From Leptolyngbyaceae cyanobacterium (GTDB taxonomy: Bacteria; Cyanobacteriota; Cyanobacteriia; Phormidesmidales; Phormidesmidaceae): DNA of 64,000 nucleotides. Positions 1 to 9,327 of this stretch are shown in pieces. Every line of letters starts with the position of its first letter. The stretch's first letter is position 1. The notes below the pieces were generated by a model that was not told where the DNA came from, did no database searches, and was given only the letters and a program-made list of their open reading frames with translations. The stretch is taken from contig CBDHHL010000032.1 in the NCBI GenBank assembly GCA_965263355.1, positions 320,001 to 384,000 on the forward strand, read 5' to 3'. The translations under genes were made by a program, and so were the position numbers.

Positions 1-225
1 TTTCTAGGGAAAGCGTATAGACTCCGTCAAGCATGGCCAACACGCGCCATTGCTTTGGTTTTGATGTTTTACATTTGCCTTGCACTAAAGCTGTTGGCAA
101 TATCCATAACACTCACTTCTTATGGGGCTACAGTGTCAGTTTTCTTTGTATAACATAAGTCAGCTCACTAAGAATCATCCTTCCAGCCGTTCGTTCAGAT
201 ATCTCATTACGCTATTCCAAAATCT

Positions 226-429
226 ATGAGCTGGAAGCCTGGTCAATGGGTTGAGTGCCCTCAAACTCAAGAAAAAGGCAAAGTCATACCTCACACAGGT
301 CCCTTGATTTGCATTTCTCTAGGAGATGGAATCACACTCTATGGTTCCTTAACCCTTCTAAAGCACCTGGGTTGGCAGCCTCTGCACCCCAATACTCATG
401 GCTCAAATCAATCAGTTAAGGAAAACTAA
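226..429 (+). CDS. small hypothetical protein upstream of sigma factor
   Basis: 67-aa ATG ORF, co-oriented with and just upstream of the sigma gene; no recognised motif. Confidence 0.5.
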   Translation: MSWKPGQWVECPQTQEKGKVIPHTGPLICISLGDGITLYGSLTLLKHLGWQPLHPNTHGSNQSVKEN

Positions 430-498
430 AATCCCATTTCTCCTTTGAAAGACAGTGAAAGTAAAACGATCTCGGAATATAGATATTTTTTGGACAAC

Positions 499-1458
499 AT
501 GACTACCGTCACATCTGATATAGATTCACTCAGTCTCTACTTTAAAGAAATCAGTCGGGTGCCTCTACTTACCTATGAACAAGAAGTCACCTATGGCAGA
601 GCTGTACAGAAGCTGGTTAAGCTTGAAACTATTAAAGTTCAGCTTTTAGAGACCATCAACCGTGAACCTACTTTAGCTGAGTGGGCAGAGGTAGCCTATA
701 TGTCTATAGAAGAACTAGAGGCAGCACTTAAAGCTGGACAGCAGGCGAAACAAAAGATGGTAACGGCTAACCTCAGGCTGGTGGTATCTATTGCTAAAAA
801 ATACACCCACCAAAATGTTGACCTAATGGATCTCATTCAAGAAGGAACGATTGGGTTACAACGCGGTGTTGAAAAGTTTGATCCGTCTATGGGCTATCGA
901 TTTTCAACCTATTCCTACTGGTGGATTCGGCAAGCTATAGCTCGCAAAGGCCCAGAAGCAAGCCGTGTCGTAAAACTCCCGGTTCATATCCACGAAAAAA
1001 TCAGCAAGATTAAAAAAGCTCAGCGACAACTCGCTCAGACACATGGACGACCAGCAACTTATTCAGAAATAGCCGAAGCTGTCAATATTTGCCCTGACAA
1101 GGTAAAGGACTATGTTGCCTATGCCAGGCGGCCTTTCTCTCTCAACGCATGTATAGGTAAAGACCAAAATACCGAGTTAGGTGAACTTATCGAGGATGAT
1201 GCTCCGTCTCCGGAGGACTTTCTCACCCAAGATTTGCTGCTATCAGATCTGCACAAAACGATTCAACAACTGACACCTGAGCAGCAAGAAGTGCTTTCAC
1301 TACGTTTTGGATTGAACGATGGTAAAGAAATATCATTCGCCAAGATTGGAGAACGATTGAATATTAGTCATCATCAGGCTCGAACAATTGAAAAAAAAGC
1401 TCTCAGATATTTACGTCAGCAGCATAGTAGTCTTCAGGACTATTTTGCGACTATGTAA
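499..1458 (+). CDS. group 2 (RpoD-like) RNA polymerase sigma factor, divergent recognition regions
   Basis: [46 protein letters not shown]-terminal HTH; ATG at 499 preferred over TTG at 445. Confidence 0.93.
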   Translation: MTTVTSDIDSLSLYFKEISRVPLLTYEQEVTYGRAVQKLVKLETIKVQLLETINREPTLAEWAEVAYMSIEELEAALKAGQQAKQKMVTANLRLVVSIAKKYTHQNVDLMDLIQEGTIGLQRGVEKFDPSMGYRFSTYSYWWIRQAIARKGPEASRVVKLPVHIHEKISKIKKAQRQLAQTHGRPATYSEIAEAVNICPDKVKDYVAYARRPFSLNACIGKDQNTELGELIEDDAPSPEDFLTQDLLLSDLHKTIQQLTPEQQEVLSLRFGLNDGKEISFAKIGERLNISHHQARTIEKKALRYLRQQHSSLQDYFATM

Positions 1459-1473
1459 GTTTAATCAACAGCT

Positions 1474-1824
1474 CTAGGAGCCTGTGAAAAATCGATTATT
1501 TTCATGCTGAAAAAGTGGACGGCGATAGAAGGGGATGCAACGATGCCCTGGCTTTCTACCAACCTTCGGAGAAGATACTTTTTCAGAACGCCGTGCATGG
1601 GCAACCTTCAGTGTCCGTCCCATAAATTCGGCCCCATCTAATGCCTCAATAGCCCTCTCTTCCTGAGCAGAAGACTCCATTGTCATTAAGGCAAAGCCCC
1701 GAGGGCGATTTAACCTACGATACATAGGTAAGTTAATGCTGATCACCCGACCATAGACCCCAAAGGCTCTATCTAAGTCCTGTTTCCCTACATCGTAGGG
1801 TAGGTTTCCAACATAAACAGACAT
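1474..1824 (-). CDS. RRM RNA-binding protein (cyanobacterial Rbp family) with basic C-terminal extension
   Basis: MSVYVGNL (RNP2), RGFALM (RNP1-like), AIEALDGAEFMGRTLKV. Confidence 0.88.
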   Translation of the reverse strand: MSVYVGNLPYDVGKQDLDRAFGVYGRVISINLPMYRRLNRPRGFALMTMESSAQEERAIEALDGAEFMGRTLKVAHARRSEKVSSPKVGRKPGHRCIPFYRRPLFQHENNRFFTGS

Positions 1825-1845
1825 CACAATCCCTTAGACTCAACA

Positions 1846-1900
1846 ATTCATCCGGATCTTGATCAAATCACAGATAAGTGACATCTATCTTTCGGTAGAT
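1846..1900 (-). promoter_or_regulatory. rbp promoter: palindromic box ATCTATCTTTCGGTAGAT (1883-1900) + 21 bp + CAAGAT -10-like hexamer
   Basis: Same block and spacing recur upstream of the second rbp gene (2244-2298). Confidence 0.7.
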
Positions 1901-1946
1901 TGTAGAACACATAATCAAGAAGAATTGTGACGAAGTGGCCTCTCCC

Positions 1947-2207
1947 CTAACCTTTTGCCGCAGCGCCACGAGGCTTTGCCTCATTGACTCTTAAGGTGCG
2001 TCCTACCCACTTAGCGCCATCTAGCGCTTCAATCGCGGCTTGTTCATCTGTTTTAGACGCTAATTCTACAAAGGCAAAGCCACGGGGACGACCGGTGTCA
2101 CGCTCCATTGGTAAAGTAACTCGATTAACTTCACCGTATTCACTGAAGACATCTTTTAAATCATGACGAGTGATCTCATAGGACAAATTACCAACATAAA
2201 TAGACAT
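1947..2207 (-). CDS. RRM RNA-binding protein (cyanobacterial Rbp family), no Gly-rich tail
   Basis: MSIYVGNLSY, RGFAFV, AIEALDGAKWVGRTLRVNEAKPR; GAGGAGG Shine-Dalgarno upstream. Confidence 0.95.
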   Translation of the reverse strand: MSIYVGNLSYEITRHDLKDVFSEYGEVNRVTLPMERDTGRPRGFAFVELASKTDEQAAIEALDGAKWVGRTLRVNEAKPRGAAAKG

Positions 2208-2243
2208 GCGGAAACCTCCTCAAAGCAATAACTAAGTTCATGG

Positions 2244-2298
2244 ATTCATTCGGATCATGACCAAATCACAAAGGCTCCGCATCTACCTTGAGATAGAA
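2244..2298 (-). promoter_or_regulatory. rbp promoter: box ATCTACCTTGAGATAGAA (2281-2298) + 21 bp + CATGAT -10-like hexamer
   Basis: 2244-2270 is 24/27 identical to 1846-1872, with the same 10-bp gap to the box. Confidence 0.7.
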
Positions 2299-2394
2299 AA
2301 ATAGAGGATAAATCCGCCTCCTAGGCACATGTTCTGAGAATGGCACCCCACTTTTCTTGTTCGATCTCCCTCATTATTGTCTGGGCTTGCTGTC

Positions 2395-2412
2395 ATCTAT
2401 CTAAGGATAGAG
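2395..2412. promoter_or_regulatory. palindromic box ATCTATCTAAGGATAGAG
   Basis: Matches ATCTA-N8-TAGA consensus; TATAAA starts 21 bp downstream on + strand. Confidence 0.6.
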
Positions 2413-2440
2413 TTATTTGCTAGAACAACCTTTTATAAAC

Positions 2441-2490
2441 AAGGAAGGGGAATCGGCACTAGGCTCCTCGGTCGATTCCCCTTCTTTCAT
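2441..2490 (+). ncRNA. candidate hairpin small RNA (or terminator)
   Basis: 17-bp stem 2441-2457/2471-2487 with two G-U pairs on + strand, 13-nt loop containing CTCCTC. Confidence 0.35.
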
Positions 2491-2671
2491 AGTCAGGAGT
2501 ATTCAGGAGCTAACTGCAGTAAAATATTCATGAAGTTATTTGTTGATTTTCCTCGTTATACTCTTTTGTTGTTTCATCCTCTAAATCAGCAGTTGCAAAC
2601 ATCACAACTCATAGTTAGTGCGTTAAAGCTCAAGTATTCTGCGATGGTTTTATGCAAAGTTTGATGGATAA

Positions 2672-3376
2672 TTAGTCAACTAACCCAGCTCGTAACGCCC
2701 TGACAGCAGCCTGAGTTCGGTCATTTGCCCCCAACTTATTGAGAATATTGCGGACATGGGTTTTGACCGTCCCTACAGTGACGTAAAGCTGGTCAGAAAT
2801 CTCGGCATTGCTGCAGCCAGCTACAATTAGCTCCAAAATTTCTAACTCTCGGTCAGTCAACGGATAGGCTTCTAGTATTTGTTCATAGTTGGGATCAACT
2901 GCACGAATTTCAACGGTGTTTTCGTCAAAATTAACAGCTGTATTCAAAGGTTGCTTCACCCTTGAAAGAACTATACTGGCAATAGCTGGAGCAATCCAAG
3001 CATTACCTTGATAGGTTTCCTGCACAGCCTGAATTAAATTGTCACTCTCAATGTCCTTCGTGCAGTAAGAATCAGCTCCCGCAGAAAAAGCTGCCAGAAC
3101 AGCTTTTTCATCGTCATGCATAGTCAGCATCAGTAACCGAGTTTCGGCCTCTGGTTGCTGCGCTTTAAAGTGCTGAATCAGCTCAATCCCGTCCATATCG
3201 GGTAAACCAATATCCACCAGTGCGATATCGGGGTGTTGGTCCATCAACAGGTTCAATCCTTGCTTACCATTGGCAGCTTCTCCAACAATCTTGAAACCAG
3301 CTTGCCCCAGGGTTGCCCTCAGACCCATCCGCGTTAATTTATGGTCTTCAATCAGGACAAGGCGAATATCGCTCAT
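2672..3376 (-). CDS. orrA: NarL/FixJ-family response regulator (REC + LuxR HTH), OrrA-like
   Basis: LIEDHKLTRMGLR, VDIGLPDMDGIEL, YPLTDRELEILELIVAGCSN, TVKTHVRNILNKL, DRTQAAVRALR; sequence and divergent kinase cluster resemble Anabaena OrrA as I recall it (symbol ~0.7). Confidence 0.9.
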   Translation of the reverse strand: MSDIRLVLIEDHKLTRMGLRATLGQAGFKIVGEAANGKQGLNLLMDQHPDIALVDIGLPDMDGIELIQHFKAQQPEAETRLLMLTMHDDEKAVLAAFSAGADSYCTKDIESDNLIQAVQETYQGNAWIAPAIASIVLSRVKQPLNTAVNFDENTVEIRAVDPNYEQILEAYPLTDRELEILELIVAGCSNAEISDQLYVTVGTVKTHVRNILNKLGANDRTQAAVRALRAGLVD

Positions 3377-3545
3377 AGTTTACTTTTTGCTCAGGTACCA
3401 GATCTAAATGTTAGGTTTAGGGCCTACCCATATGGGTATGAATAAGGTGTTTACGATCTTATATTGCTCGTCTCTAATTGCGTAACTCTGGGCTGTGGAT
3501 AATTACAATGTTGCCCCAGCCGATTAGCCAGCTAATTAGGAGTGT

Positions 3546-5891
3546 ATGTCTTTGACACAGCCATTAACGTATCTAGAACTGGAGCGTTTTTTCTCACTCT
3601 CGTCCAATTTATTAGCAATTGTTGATGAGGATGGCTCCTTTCAACGGGTTAACCCTGCGTTTGAGCAGATACTTGGCTATCGTCCATCAGATCTGATTAA
3701 CCAGTCCTTAATAGACTTTATCCACAGTGACGACCAGGCCGCTATCACAGCAGACATGGCTCGATGGGCTGAGGGTGAACGCATCACTGAATTTCGGGCT
3801 CGATATCGCTGTCAGGATGGAAGGTGGAAATGGTTAGAGTGGACTATCAGGCCCTTTCGGGAGTCAGAAAACCAACCAACGGTGTTCTACTGCATTGCGC
3901 GAGATGTGACTGAGCGGCACCAAATTGCGCATGCCTTACGAGAAAATGAGCAACGCTTCCAGGCGATTTTTAATCAAACCTATCAATTGATTGGATTGCT
4001 GACACCTGACGGTAAAGTGCTCGAAATGAATGAGACTGGGCTGACATTTGGCGGCTTTTCAACCGATGATGTACTGGGTAAGCCGTTTTGGGAAATGCCC
4101 TGGTGGCAGATTTCAGACCAGACACAGCAAGATCTTAAAGCTGCGATCGCAAAAGCTGCTAACGGTGAATTCATCCGCTACGAGGTAGACGTTCTGGATG
4201 CAAATCGCCAGGTGGCCACCCTGGACTTTTCCCTCAAACCCCTGCGAGATAAAACCGGTGAGATTACTCTGCTGATCCCCGAAGGCCGCAACATCACTGA
4301 ACGCAAAGCGGCAGAAGCTAAAATTCGTCAGCTCAATAGTGAGCTAGAAGCACGGGTCGCCCAACGGACAGCTGAAATTCAGCAGTATGTAGATGCTATC
4401 GAAAATATGCAGGATGGCTTTTATCTGTGGCAGCTAGAAAATCCCGCCGATGCCCTCAGTTTTCGGCTGCTGCTGGCGAATCCTGCCGCTGAACAGCTCT
4501 GTGCTGTCCCCAACGAACACGTATTAGGGCAACCCATGGCCGTTGGGTTTCCAAGGATGGTGAATAGCGACTTACCTGACATCTATCGACAGGTGGTCCT
4601 CACACAACAGGAACGGGATTTAGGTAATATCGGCCATGTTCTGCCCACGGGTGAGACTCGCATATTTACCAGTAAGCTATTTCCCCTAGCAGAGCAGTGT
4701 TTGGGGGTATTGTTTGAAGATGTGACGGAACGTCGCCATATTCAGCAGCAGCTCAGCGAACAGCGGGAACAGCTCAAGATCATCTTTGAAAATGCGGGGT
4801 TAGGCATTGCCCGGTTATCATTAGAAGGTCGCTGGTTGAAAGTGAATGAAAAGCTCTGTGAAATTTTGGGCTATTCCCAAGTAGAACTCCTGCAGACCAC
4901 TCGTCAAGACCTGATTCATCCAGCCGATGCCATTGCCAGTCAAGCCTACTATGAGGCACTGCTATCAGGGCAATTAGAAACCACATCCCTTGAGCAGCGC
5001 TATCTCCGCAAAGATGGCACATCGATTTGGTGTCGTGTCACTGCCTCTTTGATCCAAGACGAGCAGCAACAACCCCGCTATTTTATTGCGTTCATCGAAG
5101 ATATCACCGAGCGCAAAGCCGCCGAACTCACGCTGCAACGCCAGAAGAATGAACTGACCAAAACCATGACCAAGCTTGAGAGTCGTAATCGCGAGCTGGA
5201 TCAGTTTGCCTATGTGGCCTCCCATGACCTGAAAGCACCGTTGCGTGCGATCTCAAATCTAGCCACCTGGTTAGAGGATGATGTTGGCGAGCAGCTACCC
5301 TCAGAAAATCAGCGGCAACTAACGTTACTCATAGGGCGCGTGCATCGGATGGAAAAACTTATCGATGGTCTGCTGGCCTATTCACGAGCAGGACGTGGTA
5401 ATCAAACCATTGATACCGTTAATCTCCATCAGTTGCTCAAGGAGCAAATTGACCTGCTAGCACCGCCCCCTACATTCATCATTGACCTTGCGGACGACTT
5501 ACCCACATTCACCACCAACCGTATCCCCCTCATCCAGGTATTCACCAACCTAATTAGCAACGCCATCAAACATCACCATCGCACCGATGGTTCTATTCAG
5601 ATTCGCTGGCAGCCTAGCGGTGATAATTTCTATGAGTTTTCGGTGACCGACGATGGGCCTGGGATTGACCCAACGTATCAAGGTAAAATCTTCGATATGT
5701 TCCAAGTTTTGGAGGCCCGAGATATCGTTGAGAATACGGGCATTGGCCTGGCCATTGTCAAAAAAACTGTCGAGGCAGAAGGCGGCGAAGTTTTTGTAGA
5801 CTCCCAGGTTGGTCAGGGCACAACCTTTCGCTTTACCTGGCCCCAAACCGTTGAGCTATCCCATGAAGCATCTAAGCAGCCTGCAAGTTAA
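3546..5891 (+). CDS. multi-PAS sensor histidine kinase
   Basis: Four PAS/PAC segments (..RDVTER, RNITER, EDVTER, EDITER), H-box ASHDLKAPL, N/G1/G2 boxes. Confidence 0.95.
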   Translation: MSLTQPLTYLELERFFSLSSNLLAIVDEDGSFQRVNPAFEQILGYRPSDLINQSLIDFIHSDDQAAITADMARWAEGERITEFRARYRCQDGRWKWLEWTIRPFRESENQPTVFYCIARDVTERHQIAHALRENEQRFQAIFNQTYQLIGLLTPDGKVLEMNETGLTFGGFSTDDVLGKPFWEMPWWQISDQTQQDLKAAIAKAANGEFIRYEVDVLDANRQVATLDFSLKPLRDKTGEITLLIPEGRNITERKAAEAKIRQLNSELEARVAQRTAEIQQYVDAIENMQDGFYLWQLENPADALSFRLLLANPAAEQLCAVPNEHVLGQPMAVGFPRMVNSDLPDIYRQVVLTQQERDLGNIGHVLPTGETRIFTSKLFPLAEQCLGVLFEDVTERRHIQQQLSEQREQLKIIFENAGLGIARLSLEGRWLKVNEKLCEILGYSQVELLQTTRQDLIHPADAIASQAYYEALLSGQLETTSLEQRYLRKDGTSIWCRVTASLIQDEQQQPRYFIAFIEDITERKAAELTLQRQKNELTKTMTKLESRNRELDQFAYVASHDLKAPLRAISNLATWLEDDVGEQLPSENQRQLTLLIGRVHRMEKLIDGLLAYSRAGRGNQTIDTVNLHQLLKEQIDLLAPPPTFIIDLADDLPTFTTNRIPLIQVFTNLISNAIKHHHRTDGSIQIRWQPSGDNFYEFSVTDDGPGIDPTYQGKIFDMFQVLEARDIVENTGIGLAIVKKTVEAEGGEVFVDSQVGQGTTFRFTWPQTVELSHEASKQPAS

Positions 5892-5935
5892 TCTTCCTTT
5901 GCAAACTAGACATAATCCAGCCTCACAGGAGAAAT

Positions 5936-6005
5936 CTCTATCTAGAGAAAGAAACGGATACCTATCTCAAGAATAAGGACATCATGGCAGACTTAGACAT
6001 ATGCT
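5936..6005 (+). promoter_or_regulatory. two degenerate boxes (5936-5953, 5960-5977) and TATGCT -10 at 6000-6005
   Basis: CTCTATCTAGAGAAAGAA and ACCTATCTCAAGAATAAG, 24 bp apart like the 9806/9830 pair; 22 bp to TAN3T. Confidence 0.4.
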
Positions 6006-6076
6006 AAAACCATCTAGAAATGTCAACAACCATTCCCTGCAGTTAGCCTCCATTACTAAACCATGTCACTGGAACA

Positions 6077-6499
6077 ATGACTCCCAAAGCGATTAACATT
6101 CTGCTGATCGAAGACGATGAAGTGGATGTGATGACTGTCCAGCGGGCTTTCGAAAAAAGCAACGTGGCAAGTCCACTTTACGTTGCCAGTAATGGTTTAG
6201 AAGCCCTAGCTAAACTGCGTTCAGCCGAGAGTGAAATACCGACCTCCCGTCGCCTTATTCTTTTAGATCTCAATATGCCCAAAATAAATGGGATTGAGTT
6301 TCTTAAAGAGCTGCGTCAAGACCCTCTCCTGCAACATATCCCAGTTATTGTCTTAACCACCTCTGCCGAAGAAAAAGATCGAGTGGAAGCGTATAATCTC
6401 CATGTGGCTGGCTACATTGTTAAACCAGTAACGTTTCATAAATTTATTGAGGTGATAGAAGCCCTGAATCAATATTGGATGCTCTGTGAGTTTCCCTAA
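6077..6499 (+). CDS. single-domain response regulator (Rcp1-like receiver)
   Basis: LLIEDDEVD, ILLDLNMPK, VIVLTTS, YIVKP. Confidence 0.95.
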   Translation: MTPKAINILLIEDDEVDVMTVQRAFEKSNVASPLYVASNGLEALAKLRSAESEIPTSRRLILLDLNMPKINGIEFLKELRQDPLLQHIPVIVLTTSAEEKDRVEAYNLHVAGYIVKPVTFHKFIEVIEALNQYWMLCEFP

Positions 6500-7716
6500 T
6501 GAGTACTATAGATGAACCCCTTAGACTTTTAGTGGTCGATGACGATGACGTGGACAAGATGGCCCTACGTCGTGCATTAAAACGCTCGGCACTGCAGTTT
6601 GAACTGCGCGAGGCTAACAATGCCAGGACAGGTGCTGCATTGCTTGAGTCTGAGGCCTTTGATTGTGCTTTTTTAGATTATCAACTACCCGGAGGAGATG
6701 GTCTTACTCTAGTGAAAGGGCTCCGAAACTCTGGTGTAAAAACACCTCTTATTGCCTTAACAGGACAGGGTGATGAGGAAACGGCTGTTAACCTGATGAA
6801 AGCCGGAGTCTCCGACTATTTACCAAAGGCAAAACTCTCCAGTGAAGTTGTAGAAAGAGCGATCCAAAACGCCATTCGTATTCATAAGGCTGAGCAGGAA
6901 GCTGAGCTGGCAAATCAGCGATTGAGGGAAACCAACGCCCTGCTCAGACAACAAAATCAAGAACTGGAACAACAGCGAGAACAAATTTATCGGAAAAATC
7001 TACAACGGGAGGACTTTATCGCTCGCCTCACCCATGATCTAAGAACGCCACTGGTAGCAACGAATCGTGTACTGGAGCATTGCCTGCAGGGTACCTTTGG
7101 TGAGATTGCTGACGATGCTCAAGATGCATTAACAAACATTGCCTCAAACAATCGTAACTTGCTAGCGATGGTCAATACATTGTTAGAGGTCTATCGACAT
7201 GATGTTGGTCGTAAACAGCTAGCCCTATCTAAGGTTTCGTTGCGATCGCTCTGCGAAGACATTGTCCAGACGCTGATGCCACTGGCCCAGGCTAAAGGAC
7301 TTGAGATGAGACTAGATATCACTGAACCCGATCATTACTCTGCCTCAAACAGTGCTCAAAACGCTTATACCCTCCAAGGAGATCGCCTGGAGCTAAGACG
7401 CTTAGTGACTAATTTGGTCGGCAATGCCATCAAATTTACAGATAGCGGCCATGTTGTTGTGCGATTGCGATCGCACAACAATATGGCCGCTAAAACCCTC
7501 ATTCTTGAGGTAGAAGATACAGGACCTGGTATTCCTGAAGCCGATCAGCATCAAATTTTTGACAGGTTTCGGCAAGGTGATCATATGCGTTCTGGCAGTG
7601 GCCTAGGACTTCATCTGGCGCAACGCATTGCCCAGCTCCATGGTGGAGAGATCACATTCAATTCAACTCTGGGAAAGGGGAGTGTTTTTACACTGACGCT
7701 TCCGATAGTGAGATAG
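6499..7716 (+). CDS. hybrid response regulator / histidine kinase
   Basis: N-terminal REC (LVVDDDD, FLDYQLP), H-box LTHDLRTPL, NLVGNAIKFT, GSGLGL; start overlaps the upstream stop. Confidence 0.95.
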   Translation: MSTIDEPLRLLVVDDDDVDKMALRRALKRSALQFELREANNARTGAALLESEAFDCAFLDYQLPGGDGLTLVKGLRNSGVKTPLIALTGQGDEETAVNLMKAGVSDYLPKAKLSSEVVERAIQNAIRIHKAEQEAELANQRLRETNALLRQQNQELEQQREQIYRKNLQREDFIARLTHDLRTPLVATNRVLEHCLQGTFGEIADDAQDALTNIASNNRNLLAMVNTLLEVYRHDVGRKQLALSKVSLRSLCEDIVQTLMPLAQAKGLEMRLDITEPDHYSASNSAQNAYTLQGDRLELRRLVTNLVGNAIKFTDSGHVVVRLRSHNNMAAKTLILEVEDTGPGIPEADQHQIFDRFRQGDHMRSGSGLGLHLAQRIAQLHGGEITFNSTLGKGSVFTLTLPIVR

Positions 7717-8448
7717 TCACTCAGGGATCACTTTTTCAAAGGCAAAAAACTTTTTATTATCTAGCATACCTAAGGGCTTGAAACCCGCACTTGCCATCAT
7801 ATCTAGAAAAATCGAAGAGCTGTAAAAGCCTAACGTGATAACTTCTTCAGCAAGAGTATGCTTACCTTCTTTAAAACAGTAATGTTTTTCAATCGAAAAG
7901 TGTTCTGACGTACCTTTATGTTTTCCTATTGCTTGGGAATAGACAATCCCATTTTCTAATTCGAGGTCTCGATCCTCATGCGGTGGATGGACACTTAACA
8001 GCAACATCCCCCCAGGTTTAAGGTGACTCGCAACGCTTTGCAGTCCTCGAACATCATTTTCTTGGTTGAAAAGATGAGTCCCTAAAAGTAATTCATCCCC
8101 TGATTGGATAATCACCCAGACGCCCCCAGATGAAATCGCAACTTCAAATGTCCGCCCAAGATCCATTGTTGCAACATCACATTCTACGAGTGAAACATGA
8201 TCGGGTAGCCGCTTTTTCGCGATATCTACCATTGCTCGACTAAAATCTATACCCACCAAATCATAGTCAGGATTAACCTTAAGTAATTCCTGCAATAACA
8301 GACCTGTACCAACACCAAGCTCAAGCAGAGTTGTTCTTTGCCCAATTGCTGAATGCACAATTTTAGCTAGAAAGCTGTGATCATAATACCCTCCATCCAT
8401 CAACAAGTCATAATACGTAGCAATCTCTTGATAATGACTCACAACCAT
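7717..8448 (-). CDS. class I SAM-dependent methyltransferase
   Basis: LLELGVGTG motif I, GIDFS, HLKPGG. Confidence 0.88.
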   Translation of the reverse strand: MVVSHYQEIATYYDLLMDGGYYDHSFLAKIVHSAIGQRTTLLELGVGTGLLLQELLKVNPDYDLVGIDFSRAMVDIAKKRLPDHVSLVECDVATMDLGRTFEVAISSGGVWVIIQSGDELLLGTHLFNQENDVRGLQSVASHLKPGGMLLLSVHPPHEDRDLELENGIVYSQAIGKHKGTSEHFSIEKHYCFKEGKHTLAEEVITLGFYSSSIFLDMMASAGFKPLGMLDNKKFFAFEKVIPE

Positions 8449-9062
8449 AAAAAACTCCTATTTATCTTGTCAAACTTATCTAATCAAAGCTCTAAGCCAT
8501 GCATTCTTATTGCATAGGGCTTGGCCATATCCAAACCAGTTTTCGTCTGGGGGGAACTACAGCTTTCAAGTTGAACGGGACTTATTATTGCCGTCATTGT
8601 CATCGCTGCCACAATTCTAAACCCATACCTAGATTGAAAACTGGCGTTATTTCGCTTAAAAACAACAGTTCCACGAGATAAAGAAAGCACATCACAGAAT
8701 TAATTACCGAAAAAACTGCTTTAGAGCAGGGATTCAACCTGACTAGGATGTAACTAATTTTGAAGAACTATTCAGCTTATTTCAGGCTAACATCTTGCAC
8801 ACTATACCAGCAAACGAACCTAAATTCGACGATAACCCGAGAAATCCTGTGTAATAGAATACAAAATCTATCCTAACTAAAAATTGGTGTAAATGCCCTC
8901 GGTACTTAGCAACAGCTACCTTTGCACGGTAGAAATATTCTCATATCTATGAATACAAAGATTGTTCGCTGAATGCCTTTCAATACAAAGAAGTGTTAAA
9001 ACGTTTTTTTGCACTTCCCCCAGAAAAGGTTCAAGCCACAACGAGACAGGGGAGTCTGGTAC

Positions 9063-9208
9063 TGGCTCCGTATAATCATAAAAATGGCTGCAATAATTAC
9101 AGAGAAAGGGTTTCAGTGATTCTCTCTCAAAAAGGCTGTAATCCTTGCATTAGCTATAATCCTTGTCTAATAAGCATTTTGACCGAATCATCTCATTAGG
9201 TAGAACCA
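9063..9208. mobile_element. putative MITE (~146 bp)
   Basis: Ends TGGCTCC../..AGAACCA flanked by GTAC at 9059-9062 and 9209-9212; removal restores palindrome CTGGTACCAG. Confidence 0.45.
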
Positions 9209-9327
9209 GTACCAGCGTGTTTCTTCGAACATGAAAACAACTAAATTTTAGGTCTTTCATGCCTTTCAGAGCAGACTTTGTTGAGCAAACATGTGACATC
9301 ATGTCCCCCAAAAACATACATATTCAC

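Noticed and set aside
2377..2664. 95-aa + strand ORF
   Set aside because: TTG start, no motif, runs through the operator box and hairpin; likely spurious
8484..9199. Short ORFs 8484-8690, 8499-8681, 8993-9199
   Set aside because: No recognisable motifs; the last overlaps a putative MITE
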